Below, piece after piece: positions 12,810 through 26,299 of a stretch of DNA of 64,000 bases. The DNA is taken from contig MU054187.1 in assembly GCA_013239625.1 (NCBI GenBank), positions 24,988,433-25,052,432 of the forward strand. Direction: 5' to 3'. The notes under the pieces were generated by a model that did no database searches, was not told the DNA's origin, and saw nothing but the letters and a program-made list of their open reading frames with translations. The translations under genes and the position numbers were made by a program. The first letter of the stretch is position 1; each line of letters opens with the position of its first letter. Source of the stretch: Lama guanicoe (lineage: Eukaryota).

Positions 12810-13650
12810 AAAAAATAAATGCAAAACTTTAATATTGAAAAACCAAAAAATATCATTGACAGAAATTAAAAAGACTTAAAAATGGAAAAATATCCCATGC
12901 TAATGGGTTGGAAGTCTTAATATGATTAACATGGCAATACTTCCAATACTTCCCAAATTATTTTACTGATGCAATGCAATCTCTCGCAAAATGCCAATTA
13001 GCTTTTTAAGAAATGGGCAAGCTGACCCTAAAATTCATATGCAAATGAAGGGATATATTTGGGAGCATTATTCAAGCCACCACACCCAGCAATTCTACTC
13101 TTAGGTATACCTCCAAAAGAAATTAAAATATATGTCCACACAAAGATTTGCACGCAAATGTTGATAGCCACATTTTTCATGATAGCTCTAAAGTAGAAAC
13201 AGTCAAAATGCCCATTACTGTAGAGTATATAACAAATTGTGGTACTGTCATATAAGAAATATTTTTGTCCATAGAATAGAATGAGATATTAAACTTTGAA
13301 AACATTATGCTAAGTGAAAAAGTCTTATACAAAAAGCCATATGCTATAGAATTTCATTTCTATGAATTATATAAATTCATATATATCTATAGAGACAGAA
13401 TAGGCAAATCTATAGAGATAGAAAGGGGGTTAGTGATTTTCAGAAGCTGAGAAGAGAAAGGAATAGGAAATATCTTCTAATGGATTATGGGATATCTTAT
13501 CAGGGTGATTAAAGTATTCAAATTAGATAGTGTGATGAGTGTACAATTTTGTAAATATTGAAATATCACTGAATTATATACTTTAAAAAGATAAATGGAT
13601 AAATTTTATGGTAATACATGAATTAAATTTCAATAAAGCTGTATTAAAAA
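12810..13650 (+). mobile_element. Old L1M (L1MB/MC-like) fragments
   Basis: ORF2 remnant (tatcccatgctaatgggttggaagtcttaat), 3' UTR ending aaatttcaataaagctgtattaaaaaa. Confidence 0.8.
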
Positions 13651-13651
13651 A

Positions 13652-14200
13652 ATGCTTGAGAAAGTGTGGAGAAAATGGAACTCTCCCCCACTGTTAGTGG
13701 GAATGTAATTTGGTGCAGCCACTATGGAAAACAGTATGCAGATTCCTTTAAGAGCTAAAAATAGAGTTACCATACGATCCAGCAATTCCACTCCTGGGCA
13801 TATATCTAGAGAAAACTCCAGTTCAAAAAGATACTACACCCCAATGTTCACAGCAGCTCTATTTCCAAGACATGGAAGGAACCTAAATGTCCATCAACAG
13901 ATGATTAAATGAAGAAGTTGTGGTGTATATACACAATGGAATACTATTCAGCCATAAAAAGTGAAATAATGCCATTTTCAGCAACATGGATGGACCTAGA
14001 GATTATCGTACTAAGTGAAGTAGGTAGGACAGAGAAAGACAAATGCCATATATTACTTACATATGGAATCTTTAAAAAACGAGACAAGTGAACCTATTTA
14101 CAAAACAGAAACAGACTCACAGACATAGAAAACAAACTCATGGTTACCAAAAGGGAAAGGGGGTGGGAAAGTATAAATTAGAAGTTTGGGGTTAGCATTT
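13652..14200 (+). mobile_element. Younger L1 fragment (ORF2 end and 3' UTR)
   Basis: ggtgcagccactatggaaaacagtatg...gccattttcagcaacatggatggacctagagattatc; ORF 13909-14091 resembles the L1 ORF2 C-terminus. Confidence 0.9.
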
Positions 14201-14659
14201 TTGGTGTAACTATAAATGTGTATTCTTTGAAAAGAAGTTTTAAAAATTATGAGTGTGTGCATGTGTGTGTGTTTCCAAAATTATTCAAAATAATTAGGAT
14301 GAAAATAGCTTAGCTTCTGTGAAAGTTCTTGGTAAGATGATAGTGAAACAAACATTTCTAATAAGGCATAACATGATAAACTGTAAGAAGTTATTTTGCC
14401 CTTCAAAAGCAAAATTTCCAATAGTGTTACATGTGTGGTAGATCTATTTCCAGAAAAGCAATATATTGTTTTAAAAAGAGACAAGACATATGAGTAGCTA
14501 ATGATTAATTATAAGGGAAAATAATTTTTGTGTAACCAATAATAGTCAAAAGATACAAAAGGTTAGAAATAAGATATGAATATATGGATGATCTAAGGGC
14601 TAACATATTAATACAGCTATCTATAACCCACTAAACTGACTGAATATATTAAGTGAATA

Positions 14660-15110
14660 CTGTTTTGGTTCTCTCATTACATAATAAAACACCCCAAAAC
14701 ATAGCTAGAAGCTTACAACTACAACAATTATTTATTATCACGTGATTCTAGCTCCACTGTGCAGCTCTTTTATTCCATGGATAGTTGATAGAAGCTGAAG
14801 TCAACTGAACTCTCAAATGGGCTGGGATGTCTAGAGCAGCTCACTTACTTGGCTGGCAGTTGGAGATGTACGTTGGCTGGGAATTTAGTTGGGGCTGTTG
14901 TCCAAGATGTCTCTCTTTTCCTCTATGTAGCCTTTCCCTATGTCTTGTTCTTTTCAAAATACTGTGACTCAGCTTGAATATTAAAAGTTCTAAGTAGAAG
15001 CTGAAGATCTCTCAATGCCCAGCTTTGCAAGTTATGTAGTATCTCCTTTGTTGCACTATATTTGTCAAAGGAAGTCTTCAATCTGGCCAGATTCAATTTA
15101 GAGTGGTGAT
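14660..15110 (-). mobile_element. MaLR LTR (MLT1-type)
   Basis: caccccaaaac...acaacaattatttattatcacgtgattct; ggctggcagttgg...gttggctgggaatttagttggggctgttg. Confidence 0.7.
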
Positions 15111-15704
15111 GTGTGGTAGTGTCTTTTTTCAGCCAAAGTAATACATTACATACAGTTTTTAAAAATCAAACACTGAGAAGGTCTTATATGAAAAGTAATG
15201 ATTTTCTACATGTCCTCAACTCCCTGCACATCCAGTTTTCTGAAATTCTTTTTATTAATAATTAACATTGACTTAACTGTTTCCTGAATCTCATCTTATT
15301 CTTCTTTTGTTTTGTTTTGTTTTGTTTATTTGTTTATTTTTCTGGGGCACATTTTCAAGTAATGTCCAGAAAGAGTGTACATGGGACATAATTTTTTCAG
15401 TCTTTGATTATTTAAAAATATAATCACACTTGGTTGATTTTTTTGTGGTATAGAATTCTAGATTGAAAATAACATTCCTCCAGAATTCAGAAGGCATTTT
15501 TTAACACTTTTTACCACCAAGTATTACTGATAAATAGTCTAAATTCACTCTTTTTCTTGTTCTTTTGTAACTAATACCATGGATATATACAGAGTGGATT
15601 GAACTTGAGACCAGCTGATTTGCCTTGCAAAATCCTACAGAGGCCCGAGACTATCAAATTTTTATTATAATAGAAATGTGGGAACAAGAGATGGGGCTAA
15701 AAGG

Positions 15705-16334
15705 AAAGCGTAATAGAAATAATAGCCTCTTTTAAAATGTCCATTCCTGAATCCCAGAAATCTGTGAATATGTTACATTAAATGGCTAAAGAGACTTTGC
15801 AGATATAATTAAGCTTGTAGATTCTTAAGATAGGAAAATTATCCTGGATTGTCTGGTGAACCCAGTATAATCACAGAAGTCCTTAAAAGCAAAGAACATT
15901 CTCTGGCTTGAGTCAGAGAGATGCCGCACAAGGAAAAGATAGAGAGCTGCAAAGCAGGGAAGAGACTCAATCTGTTATGGCTGGAGGGATCCACATGGAA
16001 AGAATGAAATGGAATGCAGGTGGCTTCTAAGAGTGAAGATTTTTCTTCTAGTTGATAGGCAGCAAGGACACGGAGACTTCATTCCTATAATCACATGGAA
16101 CTGAATTTAGCCAACAAACTCAAATAGACCAGAGCAGATTAACCATCCAGTAAAGAACACAGCACTTCTAATATGCACTCAAGGCTGATTTCAGCCTTGT
16201 GAATTCCTAAGCAGAGGACCCCACTGAGCCCACCTGGCTTCTGATCTGCAGAAACTATGAGATCATAAATTCGTGCTATTTTAAGTCACTAAGTTTTTGA
16301 TGATTTGTTACAGCAACAATAGATAACTAATACA
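15705..16334 (+). mobile_element. MaLR LTR (MLT1D/E-like)
   Basis: aatcccagaaatctgtgaatatgttacattaaatggctaaaagagactttgcagat...; ends tttgttacagcaacaatagataactaataca. Confidence 0.85.
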
Positions 16335-16657
16335 GAAGGTCATTAATTGAAATCTGTATTTTAAAAAAATTAACTGTCTTATCTTTTTCCCCAACTCTCT
16401 ACATGTGGAATACCTGTCAGCAGGATTACTCCCCAACTAATGCCCTCTCCTTCTCAAAAGCACAAATATTTCTCTGAAGAATGAGAACCATCTGGACTGC
16501 TAGGAGTAGGGCAGAATTAGGAGCTTTGATGTTTCCATATTGGTGGTTTAGGGACCCTCCAGAGAGTTTTCTACTCTCATATCTTTAAGAAAAACCTGCC
16601 AATCAATAATTCCAAAGGATAAAAATGGTCTTTTCTAGAGTAATTAAGTAAATTTTA

Positions 16658-17554
16658 GTGTGAAAAAAATGGGTTGGACTATTTTTACTCACAGCACTTC
16701 TAACACCAAAAGTGTGGTTTGTTTGTTTTCCTCCTGACATGTGTACTGTCTTTTCCAATATCACTTCTCCAACTCTCCAGACACCAACTGGCTATTCTAC
16801 AATACAATTCCATTCTGACTCTAAGAGTTAGTGTCAGACTCCATAGGTTTAAGGGCTCAGTTTCATTAAGACTGCCCTCCTCTAAAATATCAGCACAAAT
16901 ATCAAGTCCCCAGGTTACTCACACTTATGTCTGACTTGGTTACAAAGTTGAGGGACTCCCACAACCCTCCTCTTCATATTCAATGATTTGCTAAGACTGC
17001 TCATAAACTCCAGGAAACATTTTACTATTACAGTTTATTATAGAGGATACAAGTGAACAGCCAGATGGAAACGCACATAGGGCAAAGTCTTGAAGGTTCC
17101 CTAGTGAAGGAGCTTCTGACCCTGGGAAGTTGGGGTATGCAACTCTCCTAACACACAGATATGTTGGCCAACTTGTAAGCTCTCTGAATCCATTTGTTTG
17201 GTGTGTGTGTGTTTTTAAACAAAGTTTCCATTACATAGGCATAATAATTGATTAAACTGTTGGTCATTAGTGACTGAACTCAATCTCAGCTCCTCTTCCT
17301 TCTCCATCAGTTAGAAGTAGGGCTGAAAATTTCAACCCTCTACTCTTGGTTCCTATGGCAACCAGCCCCATCCTGAAGCTAACTTGGAGTTTACTAGTCA
17401 CCTCATTAGCATAAAATCAGGTATGGTTGAAAAGGGCTAGCTATGAATAAAACATGTTCTTATCACCCCTATACCTTAGAAAATTCCAAAGATTTTAGAA
17501 GTTCTGTGTCAGGAATGGGGACAAAGATCAAATACATTCTTCTTATTATGTCAC
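16658..17554. mobile_element. ERVL LTR, MER21-like
   Basis: actcacagcacttctaacaccaaa...ccagacaccaactggctattctacaat...; ends cttattatgtcaca. Confidence 0.75.
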
Positions 17555-18597
17555 AGAGGCAAACACAAATGATAGGGAAAAAAATGATCACAGATTAAAC
17601 AGAAAATTCAGTAAACAGAAAGGAACTTTCTAAAAATTAAAAGAAAATAACCAGTAATAGAATACTAGTTTGTGTTCTAGGATTATTTTATAAGATTGCA
17701 TTAATGATGCAAGAATAGTATACACAACGAAAACAAAAATAAAACAATTAGAAAACATTAAAAAAAATCCTTAGGCAAGCAAAATATAATGATTGAAAGA
17801 AAAAACAAGAACTGGAAAGTTGGGGAGAAAATTAATAAACTCTCCCAGAAAGCTGAAAAAATTCATATCATTGGAATATTTATGAGAAAATATTACAAGC
17901 ATAAAAAAAAAAACCAAGACAGGAAACTCAAAATGCACTTAAACAGAGCTTCAGAAAGTGAGAACAGAGAATAGAGGGGAGTAAAAGAAGTAACACAAAA
18001 TATTTTTCAAAGTTTCATGAAGGATGTATGTCTAGATTGAAAGGATAAATACAGACATATAATTTAGACCTTTTCCTGGTCACTCAGGTGGAAAGAGAGA
18101 ATTTCTCTTAGAGACTTATATACCTTTGTTGCTATAAAATTTTACATGACTAGGATTGCTTTTGGGGTAAAGTGATGAGAAAGCAGAAGAAAATCGGGAC
18201 TGCCTCATACTCATGGGATCACAGGGATCACCTCTCTCAGTCCAGGAAACTAGTTTTAGGTATCTGCACTATTGTTCCCACTGCTGCAGCGGAGCTCTGT
18301 GTCTGAGGTTCCCCCTAGGGGTAGGGCTGGGAGAGAAAAAGAAAAAAAAACAACAACAAACACACGTATTCTCTGGAACATAGATGTTGGTTTTCAAAGT
18401 TGAAAAAGACAAGATTTCTCTTTGAACTTCTGCTTTGCATGCCTGCTGCAGAGTTCTCCATTGGAACCACCCTTGGATTAAAGCCAGAAGATTAAAAAAA
18501 AAAAAAAGAGGAAAAATAGAAAACAGAAAAATCTTGCCTGTTACTGTTTTCTCTTCAGGTTTTGGTATCCCTTTGCGATTCATCTTCTTAGACTTAC

Positions 18598-18685
18598 CAA
18601 AATTTGCTATTTGCATTTGACCAGAAGTTTTGCGCATAATCAGCAGCACAGGTAAACGGTAGTGGGCTTATTTCATCTTGGCTGA
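18598..18685 (-). other. Candidate coding exon (SQDEISPLPFTCAADYAQNFWSNANSKF)
   Basis: Acceptor tttagactttcacag, donor TTG|gtaagt, 88 nt, only one frame open, two retained CpGs. Confidence 0.35.
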
Positions 18686-18882
18686 CTGTGAAAGTCTAAA
18701 TCAGCTTTTGATGTTTAGCTTCAGTATAAGAAGTCCAGCAGAATATGAAAAATATAAGGCTAGAGAAAAAGGTATAAGATTATATATGGAAATGTTAATT
18801 AAGTATTTGAGTCAACAATAATTTAGGTTCAACCTGGCATTTGGGCATGATGTTTTACTTTAGGGAGTAATAAACTCATATA

Positions 18883-21263
18883 AAGGCATACCTCAGAGAT
18901 ATTTGGGTTTGGTTCCAGACACCACAATAAAGTAAGTCACATGAAGTTTTTGGTTTCCCAGTATATATAAAAGTTATGTTCACACTATGCCATAATCTTT
19001 TAAGTGTATCATAGCATTATGTCTAAAAAAAGTACATACCTTAATTTAAAAAATATGTTTTTGCTAAAAAATGCTAACTGTCATCTTAGTCTTCAGCAAG
19101 TTGTAATCTCTTTCCTAGTGGAAGGTTTTGCTTAGATGTTTATGGCTGGTGACTGATCAGGGTGATGGTTGCTAAAGAATGGGATGCCTGTGGGAATTTC
19201 TTAAAATAAAACAATAAAGTTTGTTGCACTGATTGACTCTTCTTTCATGAATGATTTCTCTATAGCATGCAATGCTCTTTGAGAGCATGTTACCCACAGA
19301 ACTTTCAGAATTGTAGTAAATATTCAAAAGCCCTATTGCTGCTTTATCAACTAAGTTTATGTAATATTCTAAATCCTTTGTTGTTGTTTCAACAGTCTTC
19401 AGAGCATTTTCACTAGGAGTAGCTTCCATCTCAAGAAACCACTTTCTTTGATCATCCAAAAGAAGCAACTCCTCACCTATTCAAGTTTCATCGTGAGATT
19501 ACAACAATCCAGTCACATCTTCAGGCTCCATTTCTGATTCTAGTTCTCTTGCTATTTCTACCACATCTGCAGTTACTTCCTCCACTGAAGTCTTGAACCC
19601 CTCAAAAGTCTTCCATGAGAGCTGTAATCAACTTCTTCAAAAATCCTATTAATGTTGATATTTTTGACCTCTTTCCATCAACCTCCAGTTGTTCTTGATG
19701 GTTCTAAATTGGTGAATTCTTTCCAGAAAGTTTTCAATTTACTTTGCCTAGCTCCATTATAGGAATCACTATGCATGGAAGCTATAGCCTTATGAAATGT
19801 ATTTCTTAAATAATAAGACATGAAAGTTGAAATTGCTGTTTGATTCATGGGCTGCAGAATGGATGTTGTGTTAAGAGGCATGAATACAACATTACTCTTC
19901 TTGTGCAGAACATCTCCATCAGAGCTCTTATGTGATCAGGTACATTGTCATTGAGCAGCAGTATTTTGAAAGGTTTCTTTTTTTTTTTTCCTGAGCTGTA
20001 GATCTCAAGAGTAGACTTAAAATAATCAGTAGACCACATTGTAGAGATGTGTGCTATCATCCAGGTTTTGTTGTTCCACTTGTAGAATGCAAGCACAGTA
20101 GATTTAGCATAATTCTTAATGGCCCTGGGATTTTCAGAAGGCAAATGAGCACTGTCTTCAGCTGAAAGTCACCAGCTGCATTAGCCCCTAACAAGAGATT
20201 AAGCCTATCTTTTGAGGCTTTGAAGCTAGGCATTGACTTCTCCTCTCTAGCTATGAAAGTCTGAGATGGCATCTTTTTCCCGTATAACACTGTCTTGTGT
20301 AAGTTGAAAATTTCTTGTTCAGTGTAGCCACTTTTGTTAATGATATGAGCTCAATTTTCTGGATAACTTGCTGCAGCTTCCACATCAGCAATTGCACTTT
20401 GACATTATGAAGATAGCTTCTTTCTTACACTTCATGGGCCAAACTCTGCCAGCTTCAAATTTTTCTTCCTCACCTCTCTCAGCCTTTATAGAATTGAAGA
20501 GAATTAAGGCCTTGCTATGGATTATGCTTTGGCTTAAGGGAATGTTATGGCTGTTTTGATCTCCTATCATGACTACTAAAACTTCCTCCATATCAGCAGT
20601 AAGGCTGTTTCACTTTCTTATCATTTGTGTGTTCACTGGAGTAGCACTTTCAATTTCCTTCAAGAACTTTTCCTTTACATTCACAGCTTGGTTAACCATT
20701 TGATGCAAGGGGCCTAGCTTTCAGCCTATCTCAGCTTTCAGCATGCCTTCCTCACTAAACTGAATCACTTCTAGCTTTTGATTTAAAGCGAGAGACATGC
20801 AACTCTTCCTTTCATTTGAACATGAAGAGGCCATTGTAGGGTTATTAATTGGCCTAATTTCAATATTGTGTCTCAGGGAATAGGGAAGCCTGAGGAGAGG
20901 GAGAGGGACAAAGAAAGGGCAGCTTGTGGATCAGTCAGAATTCACACAACACTTGTTAAGATTACTGTCTTATATGGGCATGGTTCATGGTACCCAAAAC
21001 AATTACAATAGTAATGATTATAATAGTAACATCAAAGTTCATTGATCACAGATCACCACAACAAATATAATGACAGTGAAAGTTTTGAAATATTGCAAGA
21101 ATTACCCAAATGTTGTAAAGAGATACAAAGTGAGCAAATGCTGTTGGAAAAAATGGTGCCCATAGACTTGCTGGTTGCAGGGTTGCCATAAAACCTTAAT
21201 TTATAAAAAAAAAAAATCTGTGAAACACAGTAAAGTAAAGAGCAATAAAACAAGGTATGCCTG
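18883..21263 (-). mobile_element. Tigger1 (TcMar/pogo-like DNA transposon), near full length, transposase disrupted
   Basis: TIRs aaggcatacctc / aaggtatgcctg with TA on both sides (18881-18882, 21264-21265); minus-strand ORFs 19172-20591 are transposase pieces ([64 protein letters not shown]). Confidence 0.96.
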
Positions 21264-22199
21264 TAAAAGAGTATTACTAAGGAGATATGAACCTTTATGT
21301 TAGTGTTAGGATGGAGGCAGCAAAGGTGACTGGCTTGAGATGACTCAGAAAAAGGTGGGATTCTGACCTTTAGACTAAGTGTTAAGGAGAAGAATTGTTA
21401 GACATAGGCTGCTATCATGTATCTTTGTCTCCTAAAGAGTGTTTACTACAGTGTCTCAGGCATAGTACAAATGCCATATATGCTCAAAATTTCAGTTGAT
21501 GATGGCTGAGATGAAGTGATTGAGCTGATATGAAAAAATTAAAGAGTAAGCTCTGTCATAAGCTATTTTAGTTGGATGATAAGTATCTTGTCAGGTATTA
21601 AATGAAAGTGACTAAGGCAAAATGGACACATCTTGTTGAGGATGTTAACTTTAAAAAAAGAAAAGAGAGAACCCTAGCAAAGAACAGTGACAGAACAAAA
21701 AACTATTTTGTTGAAAGTAATTCTACCAGCAGCTTGTGACTTTAGGCAATGGTTTTGGTAATATTTAGAGAAATGAATAAAAATACTAAAATTCTTTTTT
21801 TCCCATTTACTATGAATCATATAGTTTAAGCATTATTAGTCTGAATTTTTCATTAACTGCCACTTTCAGTTGTCAAGTCTTGCCCATTGTTTCTTTGCAT
21901 CAAATAACAACATAGAAACATCTTAATGAATGCTTTAACTTCTGATACTGATGATTTATTTTTTAAATTAATAAATGCACATTTTAAGCACAGGAAATCC
22001 ATTTGAAAAATCATTCTTATAAAAGAAAGTTTTCATTGTATCTTTATTAAAATTAGAATATGCATATAAACTAGTCCAGAGAAAGGTTTCTTAACAGAAC
22101 TCACAAAAGTACTAACTCTAAGAAAAAGTTATTAAATGGACTACATTAAATTAAAAAATATGTCTGTAAAATATCACCTTTAAGAGAAATAAGACAAGC

Positions 22200-22372
22200 A
22201 GAGTGACAAACTGTCCTCATTTGCCCAGAACTGAATGGATTTCCAAAAATGTGAGATTTTCAGTACTAAAAATGAGAGAATTCTGGATAAATTGGGAGTC
22301 CAAAGGCAAGGAACAAAAACTGTGGCAATATTTGCAACATCTCTGAAAAAGTGCTGGACAACTGAGGTCACT
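22200..22372. mobile_element. Short hAT-Blackjack-like element (MER94/MER81-like)
   Basis: Inverted ends agagtgacaaactgtcc ... ggacaactgaggtcactt. Confidence 0.45.
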
Positions 22373-22394
22373 TACATCCACATAGTTTAATTCT

Positions 22395-22878
22395 AAGGAT
22401 TGAAAACATACCACTTACAATTTCTTCCTGAACGCATTTGCCAGGAAAGAAAGGTATAATTATAAATCAACAAACAACCTCACTGCTTTCTTCAAGAAAT
22501 TCAAGAAAATTAATTTGCTTGAACAATAGGTTGCTCATCTGGAAAAGTAACCTTCTCAAGACAATAAGTTGCTCATCTGGTCAAAAAGTTCACATGAAAC
22601 AAGTGAAGAAGTCTTGCTTCAAGATCCTGGCCTTTTGTGTCCATCAATCCTTAACTCACGGATCATGCATTTTCCCCAGTCCCAATCAGATATCTGTATT
22701 GAAAGAATCTCCTTAAATTTCTTCATCTCAGATATGAAAATCCCATGGATATCCACTCCTTTCTAAAACTTCAGACTATCAAAGTGGTGCTGTCCATTAC
22801 TGCTGAAGTTTAATAAACTTGGATTTGCTTGATTATCAAATTATTCTAACAGTCTTTTAGAAGAGTTGGCAGTTGACA
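22395..22878 (+). mobile_element. Old ERV1-type LTR (MER67-like) inside an old L1
   Basis: aataaa at ~22812 followed by U5-like tail ending gttgaca; internal 20-bp direct repeat acaata(g/a)gttgctcatctgg. Confidence 0.5.
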
Positions 22879-22879
22879 G

Positions 22880-23645
22880 GTCTCTTCTAGATTATAAATG
22901 AACTACAAATATAAGAAAACGATCAGACTACCCAATTAAAAAATTGGCAGAAGGTTGAGCAAGAAATTTACAAGAAAAAATACACAAACATAGAAAAGGC
23001 TCCCCTTTATTATACATCAGGAAAATGCACGTTAAGATCATCCAGCAGAACAGCTCAAATTAAAAAGTGTTGGGGAGGAACTTGCATGTACTGGTGATGG
23101 AACTATAAATTGGTACAATCATACTGGAAGATTGTTTGCTATTATAACTGAAAGGTGGTGAATATTTGTATATTCTATGATGCAGAATTTCCACTCCTAG
23201 ATAGAAATCCCAAAGAAATGGTGAATATGGACACTAAAGGACATGCACAAGAATATTAATAACGTATTATTTGTTACAATCCCAAATATTCATCAATGGT
23301 AGAAGAGAGAAAGTACTGTGTGTTCATACAATAGAATACCACATAGCAATGAGAATGAACCACAGTATGGACTAATTGCACAAACAATATTAAGAGAAAG
23401 AAATTAGTCATAAAAGAGTACTTATTATATGATTCCATTAATATAGAGTTCAAAATAGTCAAATTAATCTCTGGTGTTAGGAGTCAGGATAAAGGTTATC
23501 TTTGGGAGATTGCAGCTTGAAGGTGTCTGACTGGGCTTATGCAATATAGTAATGTTTTATTACCTGATCTGGGTGATGGTTACAGAGATGTGTTCATTTA
23601 GTTATAATTGAGATGTCCATCTGTTATCTACTTTTCTGCATGTAT
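22880..23645 (+). mobile_element. Old L1ME/MD fragment
   Basis: aaattggtacaatcatactggaag...aatttccactcctagatag...tacctgatctgggtgatggttacagagatgtgttc. Confidence 0.75.
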
Positions 23646-23649
23646 ATAT

Positions 23650-24175
23650 TTTAGTTATCTACTTCTATGTAACAAGCCATCCCAAACTTAGTGGCTTGGG
23701 ATATGAAAAATCATTTATTTTTTCCATGAGTGTGAAATATATGCAAGGTTTAGCAGGGCAGCTGGTCTCTGTTCCTTGCTATTGACAGGCTTGAAGAGTA
23801 AGGGTGACTTGGAATCATCTGAGTGCTCTCAAGTCTAGCAGTTATTACTGGCTATTGGTTTGGACCTTATCTGGGGCTGTATGCTGGAACACCTGTAAAT
23901 GGCCTTTCCATATGGCTGCTTAGCTTTCTTATAGTGTGGTGATTGGGTTCCAAGAATAAGCATACTAATTGAACAGAGCAGATATACACGATATTTTAAT
24001 GACCTACTGACATAATGTTACTTTTACTATATTTCAATAGTGAAGATAATGACAGAAGTCTATCCTGTGCCAAGAGGAGGGACATAGGCACCTCTGCTCA
24101 ATGGGGGGAAGAAAATGTGAGATAAAATATATTACTGTGGTTCTCTGTGGAAGGTACATTTTGCAGCAGTGTGCC
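23650..24175 (-). mobile_element. MaLR LTR (MLT1-type)
   Basis: ttagttatctacttctatgtaacaagccatcccaaacttagtggctt; ctggaacacctgtaaatggcctttccatatggctgctt. Confidence 0.75.
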
Positions 24176-26101
24176 ATGGTTTTTAAATGCTTCTTAATAA
24201 AGACATGGAAAGTTAAAAAATATATAAAATAGCAAACTCTGGTGGTTATTTTTAAGTAGAGAGAGTCCATATGATAAGCAACACATCAAAGTTAGAACGT
24301 AGTAATCTGGGGCTATCAACTTTCACAAATTAACTCACCTATTTATTTGTTAATAACTAATTAAGTATTCAGTGGTAGCCAGCTCCTGAGTGTATAAAAA
24401 TGAGTAAGACAAGGTCCTGGTTCTAATAAGACAAATAATTTAATCATACGTTTAATGCTGCTGTCTAACTTTTGGAGCAAACAGGGTGCTGGCATGGTAA
24501 ACTCTTAGCAGAGTCGGTCTCTGCTTGAAGGCACCTTACAATATTTCCTGTCTCACTGTTTCCCAATGGGTGTTGCCTACTTTTCATGTGGCCTATATAG
24601 TCAATGTGTATTCATTGTCCCTTTGAACCTGGTGTGCGAATCTGCCAATCAGTTCCTTCTGGTGAGCCCCATTACTGCTATTCACATTATCATTGATTTA
24701 AATAACCATGGCACTTGGCTTCTCAAGGATACCACTCTGGAGGGTATACAGATTTAGCTGGAATTAAAGTAAATTGGGGCAGTGTATTTAGTTACAGAAT
24801 ATAGCAATGTGTCCTACTAAGGACAGCTTCTTCATCAGGGGAAAGCTATATTTAACTCACTCTTTTTTAATTGCTTTGATGTAGTTTTAAGAGCATTGAA
24901 ATTAAATCTCATAGGAAACTTTCCCTTTTTATAGATCTTTGGCCTTTCTTAGGTTTTAAAAAAATACATTTACCTCATTTTAGCAAAGAACAAATACTTC
25001 TATTAACAGGAAATATATTGTTTTAAAACAATGCATGTTTCAACAACATCTAACATGGATAAATGAATAAGCCTTAATAAGGTTATTGCTTTCCCACACT
25101 TTCTCCTTTATAAATTCGTATGAAGATGGGGCACAAAGCAAAGTTGTGTAAACTTGCAGCAGTAGCTACTATGATACCACAAGCAAAGTGGGTCATGATG
25201 ATTTTCAGAATACATATATATTTTTGATATTTCTGTGTTTATAGTCATGACATAGACAATATGACTGTGATGGCCTACTCCTAGAAATCTATTTGCACAG
25301 TGCAGGAGCATCTTCAGTTGGAGAGTTGGTGTGGCCATTTCTGGCATATTTGAGAATCTTTAGAAACAATGCAGAATCACCTGCCAGAGGGTATAGATTT
25401 ACAGAGTGAGATGCTGGTGCTTACTTGAGAAGGTTTAAGGTGATTTCTCCCATTAGAGTAAAACCATCTTCTAATCTGCTTGGAAAGTTGCAATGACAGG
25501 CATATCACATTTCACTCCATCACAAAGCACTCATCCCATTCTCCCCATTCTTTCCATTGCTGAAATCTTCCTCTCTGATTTGAATCCAAATCTTCTTTTA
25601 AATTCTTTCTTTTTAGATCTTTAAGTAAAAATCCACTTTAAGATGGATTAAGGAACTTTATTTTCAAGTGCTCAAAGACAATTCTCATGTCTACTTATCC
25701 AGAGAAAAAATAGCTCTGTATTTTTGGCCATTCTCCCTATAATGTCTTTTTGGCCCTTCTGTTGCTTTTTTTTTTTCTTCTTCTCATATTAGATTCATTA
25801 CTACTAGCTAGAGTCATTAACTGTGGTAAAACAAAGTGCCTACACTAAATATTGTGCTAGGTAACTACATATACAAATTTTCATTTCATTTTCAGAGTAA
25901 TCTCCTGAGGTAGATATTGTGAACTAGAAACCTGAATGGCAAGGCTAAGAAATTTGCCAAAAATTACTTAGTGAATGATGGAGCTGGTTTTCCCAAACAG
26001 ATCATTTGACTTCATCTCCCACTGTCTCCATGTCTCCATAGCTACCTTAGGAACGAACTTTCATTCATCAGATACTGATTAAAGGATTGATACTACTTAG
26101 A

Positions 26102-26286
26102 CCAGCAGTGCTTAAATGTTAGTGGGCACCAGAATCACCTGGAGGGTGTTTAAAAATGCATATTTATGAATCTTACTTCAGAGTTTCAGATTCAGTATGT
26201 TTTTGGTGAAGCCTAATAATTTTCATTTCTGTCAGATCCCCAGGTGATGCTGCTGGTCTGAGGATCACACAGTTCAAGAACAATGG
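26102..26286. mobile_element. MER5A (hAT-Charlie)
   Basis: cagaatcacctggagggtgtttaaaaatgc...agagtttcagattcagta...ccccaggtgatgctgctggtctgaggatcacacag. Confidence 0.8.
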
Positions 26287-26299
26287 ATTTAGAGTCCTC

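Noticed and set aside
19172..20591. Functional or domesticated transposase gene
   Set aside because: Split across several frames with stops, inside a Tigger1 that still has its TIRs.
22522..22580. 20-bp direct repeat with spacer as a CRISPR-like array
   Set aside because: Only two units, inside an LTR-like element in mammalian DNA, with no cas genes.
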